From assembly GCF_041146345.1 (NCBI RefSeq), contig NW_027191405.1, positions 124,001 to 188,000 of the forward strand: a stretch of DNA of 64,000 bases, written 5' to 3'. A program made the position numbers and the translations under genes. Source of the stretch: Neodothiora populina (lineage: Eukaryota). The notes below the pieces were generated by a model that was not told the DNA's origin, searched no databases, and saw nothing but the letters and a program-made list of their open reading frames with translations. Of the stretch, positions 12,153 to 29,500 are shown one piece after another. Numbering within the stretch: position 1 is the first letter of the stretch; each line of letters begins with the position of its first letter.

Positions 12153-15054
12153 TTTGTTCTGCTCGTCAAGTCTTTGTCTTCAGCAAGAGGAGAGAGAAAA
12201 GAGGGAAGAGAAAGGACGTCTGAAGATCTAAAACACCGATAGATTGACCTCCCCTCGGCATGCAAACAAAAAGAGCTATATATCAGTATATTTTTCCCGT
12301 GCAGGTAGCATGTTCCGCATTAGCGTGGGCATCATATGTAGCGTAACGTACCTTAGCGAGCAGTGTCCCCAGATCTGTACCTGTAGACCATGCTGTACAT
12401 CTCAGGCGTTCCATGCTGGTACCATAGAAGGATTCGCGAAAGCAGATAATCCGAGCCAACAGCGCCCGACGGTGCAGTATAACAGCAAGCTAAACACCAT
12501 TTCCAGCAAACATCTTCGCTGTGCGTAAATATATAGTCCCTCGTGTCATCATTGCACAAGGCAAAAGAAAAACCTCTTGTACCCGGCCATTGTCCACAAA
12601 AAGGACAAGCATGATGTTGCTTATAATACCCCTAAATCACGGAACGCAAAGGTGAGCAACGAAGAAGGATTATCGAAGCGATAGATCCCCACCCCTGTAA
12701 ATCCCCACTTGGGCCTTGACTCTCTTCCTGCCTCGATATGCACGCATGCAGGCAGGGTATCTACTGTAACCTCGCTTGCGAAAGTCTCACGTACCTAGGG
12801 CTGACTAGCTGGCGGGAAAAATGAGAAGATTGTACTACCTACCTTCTGTATGCACCTCACCTCCTCACTATGTGTATGTATGCATAAACAAACACGCTGA
12901 CGACGAGGCGAGGCGAGGGGAAATACAATGCAAGGGGCACGCACATAGGCATACATACATATAGCTTATGCATGCATGTCGGTTAGCGAGTAAGCGAGCG
13001 AGCGAGCCAGCCAGGCAGGCAGGCAGGCAGGCAGACCAGTATGTACAGTAAGTAGGCAGCAAGCGGAAGTCAAGGAGTGCCAGAGGACAAGACGGGCACA
13101 GGACCATCAATTGTTTTTCTTTTCCTTGACGTTCAGCTCTGGCTACTTGGCTTCTTACCTTAGCTAGCTCTTGACTACCTTGGTAAAAACATGGACGGAA
13201 AGGCATACCCCGGCACGAATGGGGTGATTATCGCCTATATCAAACCAACCTAGTCGACGGCCCCAGTCGCTGACATCTAGTCAATACAGTATCCCAGCAG
13301 AGGCAGAAAAGATACAGAAAGGCAGGAAATAAAGTCGAGCAGGGTGCTTCGCGAAGTACTGTAGGACAGAGGCTGGCTGAGGATCACCGTGACCGCAGTA
13401 GTCCATTGTTCTACGTTACTGAGGCACGGTACTCGTACAGTACAGTAGATATGCATGCCAGATTCATGATTAAGCGAAAGAGATTCGAGCGCGTTATACC
13501 ATCACTTGCGTGTGAATAGCGGACAGCAAGGAGATTGGGAACGTGGGATATGAGATGCGAAGAGCATGGATGGTCATGCTGCCTACCTTGCCTGTTGAAG
13601 AAGCAAAGCGGCATACAGTAGTCAAATCAGTGAAATGGCAAAGGTGGAACTGGCCAGGGTCAAGGCTATACTGCTGATATACATCCCTCTGGCATCTAAG
13701 CGAGTTGAGCCTGCGAGGAGTGCTCGCTGGTTATCCTGTTTTTTTTTGTACGCATACCTTGCATATACTGTATAATGCACTAACAATCCAAGACATCAAC
13801 CACGAGACTCGCTCATAACAGCCTCGCGACTTATCCTCCGCTTTGGGAACGAAATCCAGAATCAACCGAGAACATACGTCACAGTATAACAAACCTGATC
13901 ATCACACATGACTGCTCCTCCTCAAGGCTGCTTTACAGTAAAGTAGTATCTCGACAAAGTCCGCACAGCGCCTCAGATGACGCTTTCTCGAGCAAACGCC
14001 ATCGCACCTATCAGACTCAGAAGCCAGAACCGGAAAAGCAAGAGACCCAAACACGACAAACGCAAGAGATTTGACCTCGACACAAGCAGCAGCAGCAGCA
14101 GCGTATAAGCAGCGCATGACCACAAGTAGGTAGGCATAAACGCTGTCTTTTACCCGCCTGCCTAGGCAGATACAGCAGCTTGTGCTGCCTGGCCTCGAGC
14201 AGCACTGTTTTCGAAGCAGGCGTGATTGGAGATATGGCGTTTACGTTCTACGCCGGGGAATCACGTTAGTGTGGCAGGAGCTGAGTCTGGTACGGCGAGA
14301 ATTAGAGGAGGGCAAGATGTCGAGTTGGGAAAGTAATGGGTCGGCTACTGCGGGTTCGAGGTATGCAGGAGAGGCGCTAGACGATAGCCTTTTCTTCTTG
14401 GAGAAGGCAAGGAGGGGAGGGAATATGGACAGAGAAAACAGAGAGAACAGAGAGAACAGAGAGAGATGGGAAGAGAAGAGAAAAGAAGGCTCCACGCAGT
14501 GGCGCTGTCCGCGCAGGACAACGTGTATCTACTAGGACCAAGTATATGATTAGAAGAAGAAAAGAGGGCACTACGCAGTAGCGCCGTCCGCGCAGGACAA
14601 GTCTACAGATACTGCTAGTCCGATCTTGTTTCTGCGATCATTCACATCACCAGTGACAGGACCATAGTCACGATGGGTTGTTCGTTTGGCCTTTTATGGG
14701 ACAATGACTTTCTTTTCTCTCTTTTTGATATTCTGTCAGGACATGTATGAAACAAGAACCTTGTTTTCGTGTTTTACACTTGCGTCGCTGCCTGCCTGGC
14801 CGTCGCCCTCAAGCTAGAGCAGCGAAGAGGCTGGCCGGCTCAGCTGGCTGGAACCCCTACTCCTGTTACAAGCAAACAATCCCTTACGCCGACGCCGCCG
14901 GCGCCGCCGGTGCCACGTGCCGGATATCCATATTGACCTCCCCACCAGCTCCCTCTTGTCATGTTCTAACGTTTTTGCATTAAGCCGCGGAAATATGCTA
15001 TTGGTCACGACGAATCCATGACTGCCTGGAAAAGGAATCTAGTATTTTGACTCG

Positions 15055-17386
15055 CTAGGCGTCGGACATTCTCCACGTGTCGAGCCACCTCAGATGGCTC
15101 CATTGCTGGTTGGGGCCTTCCATACCAAAGGAAATGGCGCGGAAGAGGTAGAAGAGGCCGATGATGACAGCGTAAAGAGTGCCGTAGACAGCGTACTGCA
15201 CCATCTTGGGCAGGCGGCTCGTGGTCCAGTCGACACAGAAGCCGAGGGTCAGAATTGCAAAGTAGAGGGCGGGGTAGTAGTGATGGACGTAGGTGACACG
15301 AGCCATGGCAACAAAAGGCAAATAGTGCAGGAACCAGCCGATGACAGGATAGAGACCAGAGTAGTGGATCTGGTCAATGTCGTCCTGGGAGAGCTCGTTG
15401 TACCCACGCTGCCAGCGGACGCCATACCACACGACCATGAGGCCAAAGACGGCGAGCGAGGCTGTGCTGGCCCAGTAGACGAAGGGGTTGCCGAGCAAAA
15501 AGTACTTGACAATGTGGTCGTCCCAGCCGCACATGCGGAGACCGACGTGCAGAAGAGGCCATTGCCAGGGCGCCGAGGCGAGGTCGTCCTGCTTGTCGGG
15601 GTCGGGGACAAGGGCGTTGTTGGAGGTCATCATGGCCACGTTGAGATGGATAAAGTCGCGCAGGAAAGGGGACCTGTAAGCGCCCGGGTCACCCTTGGGG
15701 ACTTGTATGACTTGTCAGCATGAGGTAAAGCGGGCGGCAAGGGAAAGACTTACGCTTGTCGTTCCAGTGAGACTCGACGTTCCAGTGAGTATAGACATCA
15801 CGAGGCCTGTTCTCCTTGACACAGGTGGTCTCGATCTGCTTGAAGCCCCACTGGGGAAGATTGACGGTGCCGGCGCGCAGGTAGCAGCCAAGGTCGGCGT
15901 GCTTGAGTCTGAAAGAAGTGGTCAAGGTGCGGAGCTTGGAGTAGTCTCTCGAGGCGGCGTCGTTGACAACCTCGACGATCCAGTGGTCCTTGGTGTCGCC
16001 GATGGTGACGTTGCCGTAGCAGGAAACCTCCCAGTCGGCCTTGGTCACGGGAGCCTGGACCGAGTGCGAGTGCAGGTTGCGGCCCGTCTGGGCGTGGATC
16101 AGGCGGATGGTGTCGCCGTTGCCGACAAATCTCAGGGGAGCGTCGAGGTCATACTCGGGCTCGTGGCGGTTGGGGTAGAAGAACCAGTCGTTGTTGGCGT
16201 CCTTGTGGTGGTAGCAGGTGATCTGCTGCTGGCCAGAGCCCTCGGGATAAGTCTGGACGTGCGAGTGCAGCAGACCGCCGCCGTAGCCCATGTTCTTGAG
16301 CGTGGCGCGCGACCCGATGGCCACTTCCAGAGGGCTGTCCTTGCCGACTTCGGTGCCGCGCAGGTTGGCCTGGAACAGAGAGCTCATCTGCGCGTCTCCG
16401 GGGCCGCTGTTCTCGAGGATCAGGAAGTGCAGGTAGAAGGAGAAGAGGTAGACGACCAGCGGGATGACGATGAGGCCGAAGACGCGGGCGCCGACGTGGG
16501 CGACGAGGGTGGGCTTGGACATCTTGAGGTCGCCGAACTTGTTCCACAGGTCCTCGATCGTGTAGAGACCGACGAGGGCGGTGCCGAACATGCCCACCCA
16601 CTTGACGCTGCACACGCAGCCGATGGACAGGCCGGTGAGCGCCAGCCAGAAGGCCCACTCGGGCGTCAAGGAGCGTCTGCGCATGCCGTGGAACTTGGCC
16701 CAGCAGAAGACGGTGGTGAAGGTGAAGAAGAGCAGCATCGAGTCGAGCAGGATGAATCTGCTGATGGTCGTGTACGAGTTCTCGAAGAGGACGCACATGG
16801 TGATGAACCACACGGTCAGCTTCCTGAATCCAAGCTCTTTTGCAGTGTAGTAGGCGAGGGGCACGCAGAGGGCGCCGAAGGTCGAGTTGAACTGGCGCAT
16901 GAAGGTGTAGTTGAGCTCTGGCGGATAAGTCTCGCCGGACTTGAACTCGAAGGTGCCGTTGTATCCTGCCAGCCAGCCGGACAGACCGACGAGCATCTTG
17001 CCGAGCGGCGGGTGCACGTCGAAGTAGAACTCGCGCTGGAGATAGTGAGACCCGAACTTGCCGAAATGCGCCTCGTCCCACGTCACAATGGGCGAGAGAC
17101 CGATCTTCCACAGACGCGTGAAGAAGGCCAGCGCTGTGAAGAGCATGGGCGCATACACGGGCTCCCATGCTTCGAGGACCGACTCGGTCTTTTGGATCTG
17201 GAGGGAGGGAGGCTATCAGTCTGATGGCGTCCTTGCTGATGAAAGATCAAAACAATTCACCTGGACTCTGGTCTTCTTGTCATCCACCTCGATTGTCGAT
17301 GCGCTGCCGTCACCTTGCACTCGAGTGCCAGCTCTTCGCTTGACCTCGTCCGCCTGCAAGTCTGCACCGGTAGCGTGAGACGCCAT
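15055..17386 (-). CDS. PMT2: Dolichyl-phosphate-mannose:protein O-mannosyltransferase, Pmt2 subfamily (GT39)
   Basis: VTWDEAHFGKF DE motif, FFDVHPPLGKML, MIR domains (LHSH), MMTSNNALVPDPDK, YVHHYYPALYF. Introns 17198-17260 and 15702-15753. Confidence 0.96.
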
Positions 17387-18384
17387 CTTATGTGTGAAGA
17401 ACGGCTGTTTGCTGCGATGTGTCTCAGTGAAGAAAGCCAATCAAAATATGGGTTGATGAACCCTTGGTTGGGAGGGAAGAAGTCGCTCTTCTTTTTTATT
17501 GTAGACCGAAGCTACGTTGACAAGCGGCTGCAGGTGGTCAGAGCAGCAGCAGAGAGAGACACCAAGGTAGATCAAACTCAAAGGTAGGCTAGTTGTAGTC
17601 GTAGCTTGATGGAAATATTGATGGAAATAGTGTGGGGAGGGGGCGAGAGAGAGAGAGATACAAGAGAAGAAAGATTGCTCGTAAAAGGACACCCAATCAA
17701 CCAAAAGACCGAAAAAGGAAAGAGACCTGAAAGAACAGTTGTAGCAAGAAAAGGCAAGCAACACGAGGGACAAGGGCGATTACGGTCTGTTGCGTGAGTA
17801 CGGAGACGGATAGTAGTGGAAAAGCCCCTTTCGACAGCTACGGTAAGCAGCACAGCTAAGCACAGCTGGTCTGATGGAATGATGTCTACAGTACAGTACT
17901 GTGCTTTACCTTGTTTGATACCCGTACCTTTACCTTTACTGCAAGCGACTGGGAGCTTGCCTCGACTTGACTCGACCTGGCTATTTCTGGTGATTTCTGT
18001 AACGTGCACTGCGCATCACCGAAGTCAACGTCAACGCTAAGCCCGATCCAAGCACATCCATCCACCCCACCCGACTCTGCCCCCCCTTGGAACCTCCCTT
18101 GGAACCTCCCTTTGTCAAATATATGCCTAACAAATGCTCAAGAGCACCGGAGCACCACCTCCTGAGCTCCACCTGCTGCCTTTTTCTGCATCACTAGTCC
18201 AACGACTCTCTGTCTTCTCATATGGAACTCGTCCTCTTTCTCAACTCTGTGTAACAGGCGCTCGCTAGACACTGATTACCTTATGCAGCCTGCCAAGCTC
18301 TGAACCCTCCTACCCCTTTTTCTTTCTTTGGCACTACCAACTCCTTGATTCATGCATTTCGAATAATGTTCTCTGCTCTTCAGT

Positions 18385-21750
<3,366 letters not shown>

Positions 21751-22035
21751 GGTTGTGTTGCACTGGGTGATGTACAAGATATTGTATGGAGGGGGGTTGT
21801 TTATGGATTGGATGATGATCCTGAGGTCAGGTAGGTATGCTGTATAAGGTATGGCACTGACTCGATCACGGAAGGATTGACCCCGCTCACTACTATTGTG
21901 GATCATTACTATCAATCGGTCGATCCCTCAATCTATATAGTGTCCACGTCTTTGAAGAAGAAAACAAACACATCAAGTAAATACACGACATGGAGACTAG
22001 ATAATAGTATATGCAAGAACTTCCTAATAAGTAGA

Positions 22036-25000
22036 TCACGCGCCGGGCCCGGTCAAGTCTTCGGGCACATAATGTGACTCGCCCAGCGTTTCCTTTAGCA
22101 CAAGCACGAGCTCATCCGCCGCCGACAAAAACAAAAGATACGAGCTCACAGCCACGCAGAAGCCTCTGTACGCCTCATCTTCGAGGACGTCTTTCGTCAA
22201 ACTGTCTAGCTTCGATCCGCGTCCGTACTCGATGCAGCTGTTGATAAGTGGTGTCGGTAGACGCGAGGGAAGCGCGTCCCCGGTCTTCAGCGCATTCTCA
22301 ATGATCGAGAGAACGACCATGATGTCTCCAATCGAACGGTGATCCAGTAGTCCATGTTGGCGCGCAAGCCTGTCCCTCAGGTATGGGGGCAACAGACATG
22401 CCCTGATGTGCAGTGCAGCGATAGACTGGTTGATAAGACCTAGCAACTCGCCGATCCTGCTGCAAGCGCCTTGGTCGAATTGAGAAGACGAAAACTCCCA
22501 CGGGAGATTTGAGATTGGTCCTTTGAGACTGGCCAGTACCTCTGCAAGATAAATCGCCGTTCCTCCAATCGCCGGCAACATACGCTTCTCGTCATCAAGA
22601 TTGTGCCATTCGGAGAGCAGCAACGCGTAGTGGTCGGCTTGGGCATGAACGACTTGACCAAAAGTGTTTCCCACGAACCGTGAGGTGGATGTTGGCCAAG
22701 GAAACAAAGAAACAATAAATCCAGCTGCGAAACCGATGAGTACTAGCAAAGTTCGTCTCCAGAAAACAGTGTAGCCGACGCCAGGGTTTCCATAAGTGGG
22801 AGCGTGACTTGAAACCTTGTTAGCCAGTGAAGAGACAACCCCACTAGATATGACTTACCTGTCGATCCAGCTATAGCCAATAACCAGGACCACAGTCGCA
22901 CCAAATATGATAGCAGTAGGGAGATGTCGTGGCGGAGCAAATAGTCGACACCACATGATGATGACTGCCAAAACAGCCATGACTGCAGCTAATCCGTACG
23001 GGTTACCAGGCCCATTGCCGGAACCGATATACCACCCGAGCATTCCAATGATCCCACCCGCCACAGTACCAATCACTCTCATCACAAAAGCAAAAGTAAA
23101 ATCAGAGAAGTGAGGCAGCAGACCCGTCTGAGCCATGATGACAGCCCAAAGTCCCTTTTCACGATAGAAGAACCCTGCCGTCTCTGATGTCACTGCTACA
23201 ACTGCCACCGCCATAGTGGCGAACAAAACTCTCAAAGCATATACACCATCCTCGTTAGAGAACCAGTGAGCAGTGCCCAACAATATGGATGACAACTTGC
23301 TGCGCGACTTGGCCGGTCTGGATCTTCCTCGCAGTTTTTCAGTCATTTCCTTCAAGGTTGCCTTGTCGACTTCCGGGTAGTCATCTGAGGTTTCAACGCT
23401 CGACACAGGTGTTGAGGCCTTGCCGAAAGCCCAAGAAGAAAAGTGACGCAGGCCGGTGGGGAACCATATCCGCCTCTTGGTCCTTTCCGTCTCGAGTTTG
23501 ATGACTTGCGCTAGTGGTCTCTCTAGTATCTCAGCGAAACGGACTAGTCTATCTTCAAAGTTGAACCCAATGAAGAGTCCACTCAGTTTGGGGAGAGCAG
23601 ACTCTTCCTCCAAGAACCTCCCGTCCTCGCCGAAGAGGTGTTCGTGATTGTCGAGCAGTGCTTTGTTTGCCGTCGAAGGGAACCGCACGAGCTCACTTCT
23701 AAGCTGATCAAGTGCAGCTTGATGTCTCTGACGCATCTCCTGGATTTGCTCTGGCGTCACTAGTCCGAACCAGCGGCGAGTGTTGTTTTGCTTGATGCCG
23801 TCAAGCAAAGCATTCACAGCACCCTGGCACGCATCGAGAAGACCACTGCTAGTGATTGACAAAGCACGATAAGACTCCTGTATCGAGTGCTCAACGCCAG
23901 GCTGTCGCATACTGGAGAGCAGATTCAGCGATTGCATTATCTGGTGCTTTCCATGTTTGTGCGGTGCTTTCGCCTCTTCATTCTGTGTAAGTTGCACCTG
24001 ACCTCTCTTTTCTCTCGATCGACACTGATTGATCTGAAAATCAATGAGACTCAAGGTATGCAAGAGTAGCAATTTCAAGGGCTGATGAAGAGTAGCTATA
24101 TCTTGAGCGTTCCAGTACCCAACCGAGAGATCAAGAGGAAGAAAAGCCATAGCAGGCTCTAAAGTAGTCCATCCACCGAGTAATCCTCCTCGCAAGGCCT
24201 GCAAGGTTTCGAGATTATCTAGTGGATACTTCGAAAGGGAGGCGCCAGTAAGACTAAGAGCTCCAGAGACGCCGCCTAATATCTTGTGCAAGCCGTAAAG
24301 CGTGAGGTGAGATGTTGATTCTGGGAAGATCAGTATGGCACAAGCAAGACAAACAGCTAGTGATGCAGCAGCAGGCTCAATTAAGATTTTAGGAAGCGTT
24401 CCGTTGAAAGTGGGGAGGAGCGGTCCGGTCGTCAACCAGATATCTGAAATGATCCAGCCGAAGATTGCTGTAAAGGCGAGCTTTGGCACTTTTTGTCGCA
24501 GCCGGGCCATCAGATAGATGAACACGCCAAGCATACAGAAGAAGGTCATAGTGACTCGAGTATCTAGCAGGAATCCATTGAACGTCAAGTTTCTGACAGG
24601 AGTTCCGGTAGACTGTGCTGTTTGGGCTAGCAATTGCTCTTGAGCAAGTAGGTCTGACTGTGGTCTCGTAGCAAGAGCGGCTTTCGACGTTATCACACCC
24701 CACGCCCATCCCAATCCCATTCCCAAAACTTCGGTGAAGCCACCAAGTAGAAAGACAAGTACAACACTGGATGGGGGCAGGAACAACACTGCGATGCAGC
24801 CGAAAAATGTTGCCTGCCCAAATCTATCCAGAATCGGGTTGATGAAGAGGAACAGAGAGGCGACCCAGAACGCCACCGAGCATCGGAACAGAGTCTTGAG
24901 GTCGCGCGCGTTGAAATGGTCTAGAAAGGGCGGTAATTTTTTCTTCTGCTTCTTCTTCTGCTTCTGCTTCTGCTCAGACTTGTGGTGCGATCCATCGATC

Positions 25001-25092
25001 TTCTCTGCTGAGCCATTCGAGCCTGGAGATGTGATTGCATCCTGACTGTCTTTCTCCGTCCGTGAGGTGCTCTGCTCGCGACTGCGAGACAT
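22036..25092 (-). CDS. Polytopic membrane protein of the fungal ArAE/FUSC-like family
   Basis: LDHFNARDLKTLFRC N-terminus, two hydrophobic TM clusters, FFYREKGLWAVIMAQ, GSGNGPGNPYG, YGNPGVGYTVFWRR after intron 22808-22858. Confidence 0.85.
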
Positions 25093-25833
25093 TGCGACAC
25101 TTTATCTGCCGTAGGTAGTCAGGGCTTAAATGGTCACTGACAGTCCTTAGGCAAGAGGCGTGGTCATTTACAAGAGGAAGGGCAATCACATTCCAGACGG
25201 CAAGATCGCTGAAGGATTCATGAGCTCTCTGCAAAGCTGCGCTTCTTTTGATCGACCACCATCATCAAATGTCACACAGTGCAGAGCCATGGCATACGGG
25301 TAGCGGTCAGAAGCCAATCGAAGGCGAGAGCGCATGTCGATGATTGGCTCGGTTTCCCCGGATTTGCACTTTCCCGCGGCGTGTCATAATCTGCCCTGAT
25401 TAATTGCACTGCAATTTGTGCCTGTAAGATTATCGAGCACGCTAGAGCCATGCTCTAACCCAACGTTGATGCATAAATATGCATAACTTCGCATAGCACG
25501 GTACCATGGCATCCGTCTTACAAGATACAAGTAACCATGTCTCCAATCGACGTTTCGATAGCATATGTCTTTGTAATCCTACTACAACTCCTACACGAAT
25601 GGAATCAAGTCTCTCCTTCGTGTGCTCCGGTGCGATATCCTCACAAATCCGGAAAGCCGTAGGCTCAAGAAGTGCTGCTGCGTCATTATAATATTATGGT
25701 TTATACAACTGATCATCCCATGTAACGCCGATGCAAATACAGATCGATAGAGTGACAGAGCCCGCCGAAGAGTGCCTTGTGGCTCAATACTGACAAACTT
25801 GACTGTCGCCCTATCGCTTCACACGATCAACCC

Positions 25834-26521
25834 CTAAAAGAAGGCGACTCCCAAAGCCAGGGCGCCGAGACCGGTCACTGTCCAGCCAAAGACATTCTTG
25901 ACGCCTGCGGCAACGTAGACAGGGCCAGGGGTAACTTTCGGGCTGGTCACATTGGAGCCAGGCGTAGTTGAGTTGACATACGTGCCGGATCCAGTCGCAA
26001 CGGCATATCCATAGCCAGTACCAGTCTTGGACACGATAGCATACACGCTGGTAGCAGTTCCGGCTACGCCAGGAGTACCAGGGATACCGGGAGTGCCGGG
26101 AATGCCCGGGGTACCATTGATACCCTGTTTTCCGGCGCAATAACCACCAACAAGCTCATCGGTGACTATAGCAGTGTTAGTACTGTGCTCAAGTAGTTGT
26201 AGCTGCGGTCAGCGTGATTGGTATTGCAGCACGTACTGGTTATCTCATCGGTGGTGCATGCCGAAGCAACACATGCTTCATATGGTGTGGTGAATTTGTC
26301 AGAGCAGACGCATGAATAGTCAGAGACACCTGAGCAGCCGCTGGTCGTTAGGGAAGATACGATGCAGGTTTGCTATGACGATTGATCAGTTCGAGAGCAA
26401 GGCAGTGGGCGGTCGCATAAGGTAGTCTTACAGCGCACGCAGGCAATGCACTGATGTCTTGTGCCAGTGAAGGTGCCGCCATGGCGGCGAGACCAAGGAG
26501 TGTGATGGAAACAGTCTTCAT
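25834..26521 (-). CDS. CFEM-domain, predicted GPI-anchored cell-surface protein
   Basis: Signal peptide MKTVSITLLGLAAMAAPSLA; 8 Cys in CFEM pattern (LPACAQTC...SGC..SDYSCVC...EACVASAC...GYC) across introns 26373-26431 and ~26166-26236; Thr/Gly-rich stalk; hydrophobic C-terminus. Confidence 0.88.
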
Positions 26522-29500
26522 TGCGATATGAATTGACAAGCGAGTGTGTGGTCTCAAATACGTAGATAGTACAGGTGCGGTTGGGAGGAAGGTCAAAGTA
26601 CTTGCCAGACATGGGTAATGCTTCCTCTAAATATGGTTCTGTTTTCGAATTACATCATTGAGACAACGTACCAGGATTCATATGTCTTTTGATTTACCAG
26701 AAGCCCTTGAGGCGTCGGTCGTCGCCATGGTGGTGAATAGCGCATCCAGATCTCCAATGCGATGGCCTAGTATGGAGGCATGAGCTTATCCGGATCGTTC
26801 CATTTCAGGCACAGACCTGATGAGATCGATCCTTCTTTTGCTCTAAAGGTTCCTTAAACGTCTAAATGAGAGTCATGGTCTGAGACGCGGCCAATCAAAT
26901 TATTCGAGTGGCTGGGTGGTAAACGGTTATGTCTTACTCCAAGGTATCTTATCTTGCCACCGTACAATAGTTCGTTCTAGCAAGGATCCAGTCCTTGATG
27001 ATCGAGGTAAGTTCAATATTCTGTAGGGACCCCGCATAATAGACCTCACTACAGTAACATGACACGCTGCGGATAATGTTACCTCCATCATCGTCTCTAT
27101 CGTGCCATGCGCTTGGCGTGAATCTACCCGGAAGGTACTCCAGATCTACGACGTGTGTATAGCTGCGATACCATTATCAGATCAGTCACATAAATAGTCG
27201 ATTTTGCGACACTACCTCAACAATTTGAACCCGGTTATTCACTTTGGCTATGGAGTAGCACATACTGTAGTTAACCTGGAAGAGACGTTAGGTTTAAGCT
27301 TTAGTACCTTGTGTAAATAAAGGCGTTTAGTGCTTTTGTGGAACGGACCGAGCAGTCTCGGATCCGGTTGCCCCGCGCAGGAATGTCTGCTATATGCAGG
27401 TACATACATGTGTTTTGAGATTTTCAGATTGTGGGATGGATGCTAGTTCCAGCTTGCTATCGCATCCCTATTACTGGTCTTTCGTGGTAGCTGGCCGTTT
27501 GCGCTCCTCTGCGGCTGATGAAGTCGCACATCTCGAGCCTTGCGTATATGAGAAAAAAGCCTCAGGTTCATCCCGATGCATGTCCACCATGATCCAGTGA
27601 ACATTAATCCAGCTCCTCCGGAATCTAGACGAACCGCTCAAGCGGCGAAAACCACCATGAAGGCTTCTCGACTCAACGCCGGCTTTATCTTCACTGCGAG
27701 TTCAGCTGAGCTTGCTACCTGGCAGGTCTGGTCTCACTAGTCCAAAGCATGTTTGTGACAACTGTAGGTGGTTCCTTCAACGGCCGCCGATGTGTGGTCG
27801 TAACGGGGCTCTGCTCGAGATGCGCACACCAAATGCGTAGTGAGATCGCATGGTAATTTATTTGACCTGTGAGTTGCAGTGCAGAAGGGACTGTGAGTAC
27901 ATTGAAAGCCTTGGAAAACGCAAGAGGTGTTTGCAGCGTCAGCCCACGCGTGCACTACAACGTCGGGTGGACATTGTTGAGAGTGGCATGCTTCCGGACT
28001 CAGCCCCGACATTGAAAACCTGCCTCACCGTCTCGCAGACCTGCATACATGACAAAAGGTAGCCAGGGGCTCTGGAAACAGTATCGAATTGTCTATGTAG
28101 ACCAAAATACTACAGGCGGTGAGTACGCATGATTCACGACTAATAGCTTTCTCGCAGCCTTCCGCGTCGGTCCCCGGTGGACATAATTAGCAGGTTCAAT
28201 GTACAATATATATATGCAGTGCATCCCGAGCTCTACAACATGGTTCTATGGATAGAGTACGAAGATTGATGCTACCCAGCCATTGAAGCGAACATCAACC
28301 AACTGCATCGCACCGCAGCAGACATCTTCCAATGCCTCCAACCCAAGCCGAGCGCAACTCCGGATACGAATCCAAGTCCACTGATGTTGTTGCTACCCAC
28401 ATCTGGGAATGGAAAGTTGGACCTTGGCAAGGTCCATACGAGCTGGCCGCGTCATGGTGTCTTCTCGAGCATTCAGCTACCGCAATCTTATTATGTTTTT
28501 TTCGGGACAATCCCATAATAATGGGGTGGCAAACGACATTCGTATACAACATGCTCGTTTAGAGATTCATATCTACATGCATTGTAAATTGGTGGGTGTG
28601 GCGGAGTGACCAGCTGGATCATGCTCAGTGTGTTTGTTGACGGACTCGAGTGCTGTACGCATGACACGCGCGCGATGTTGATGTACTATGCCCAAGAGAA
28701 GTGACTCTTCGAAATGGATATGAACGTGTGAGCAAGGCTGTGCAACTTCTCTTCAGTAGTTGATCCAGAGAGAGAATCAGAGTCACACTCCTTTTGTACC
28801 TCAGCTGAAGCAAGGCACTCATGTCTACCTAACTATCGCGTGGGACATCTGCCTCAGGGAGCATTGGAGTGAACATCAATCGGTGTGACTGGATGCTGCA
28901 CTGTAATACTGCCCTTTCGTCGGAAATATCTTTGTGCCTTGACCAAGATCGATTAAGGAGACTCGGATGAAAGGTGCAGCGGACAGCGGATATAACCAGC
29001 CGTCAATCATATTATCCTGCTTCACACCGGTCCATGTTAGTGATGCGATGGCAAGCTGCGATGCAGAAGGGACACTTTGGCGTGCAGCTTGAGCACATAT
29101 CGGTCTTCTCTACATGGTATTCGGCAAGACCACCATATAGAACTCGGCCATAGAATTGGAGCAAACGATACTCTGAGGCTCTTGCCTACCTAGGGCTTCG
29201 TTATCGGAAGCTTCGGACCGCGGATAGTCATCTTGTAATTTCTTTCAGACAATATTCCACAGGAATCAAGGCAGCTGCAAGTGACATGCGAACAATATTG
29301 TCGTCAAGCCCGTGACCAGACCTGTTTCTTTACGAGATATGCTGTTGGACTGTCAAACAGCGCCGCGACTCCAGGCCTCGTCAGAAGATGCACTTAGCAG
29401 AGACGTACCAATGCACAGTGGGATTAGTCACGGCGCTGCGATCGATAGCACAGAGCAAGATGAATCCAAGATTCCCATACATGCACAGGGCAAAGAGATC

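Noticed and set aside
15695..17224. 509-aa antisense ORF (and the 15094-15723 and 16149-17168 overlapping ORFs) over PMT2
   Set aside because: Shadow ORFs explained by the strong C/G third-position codon bias of PMT2; no recognisable motifs.
18085..18112. Short tandem CCCTTGGAACCT repeat upstream of PMT2
   Set aside because: Only two units; ordinary slippage, not an array.
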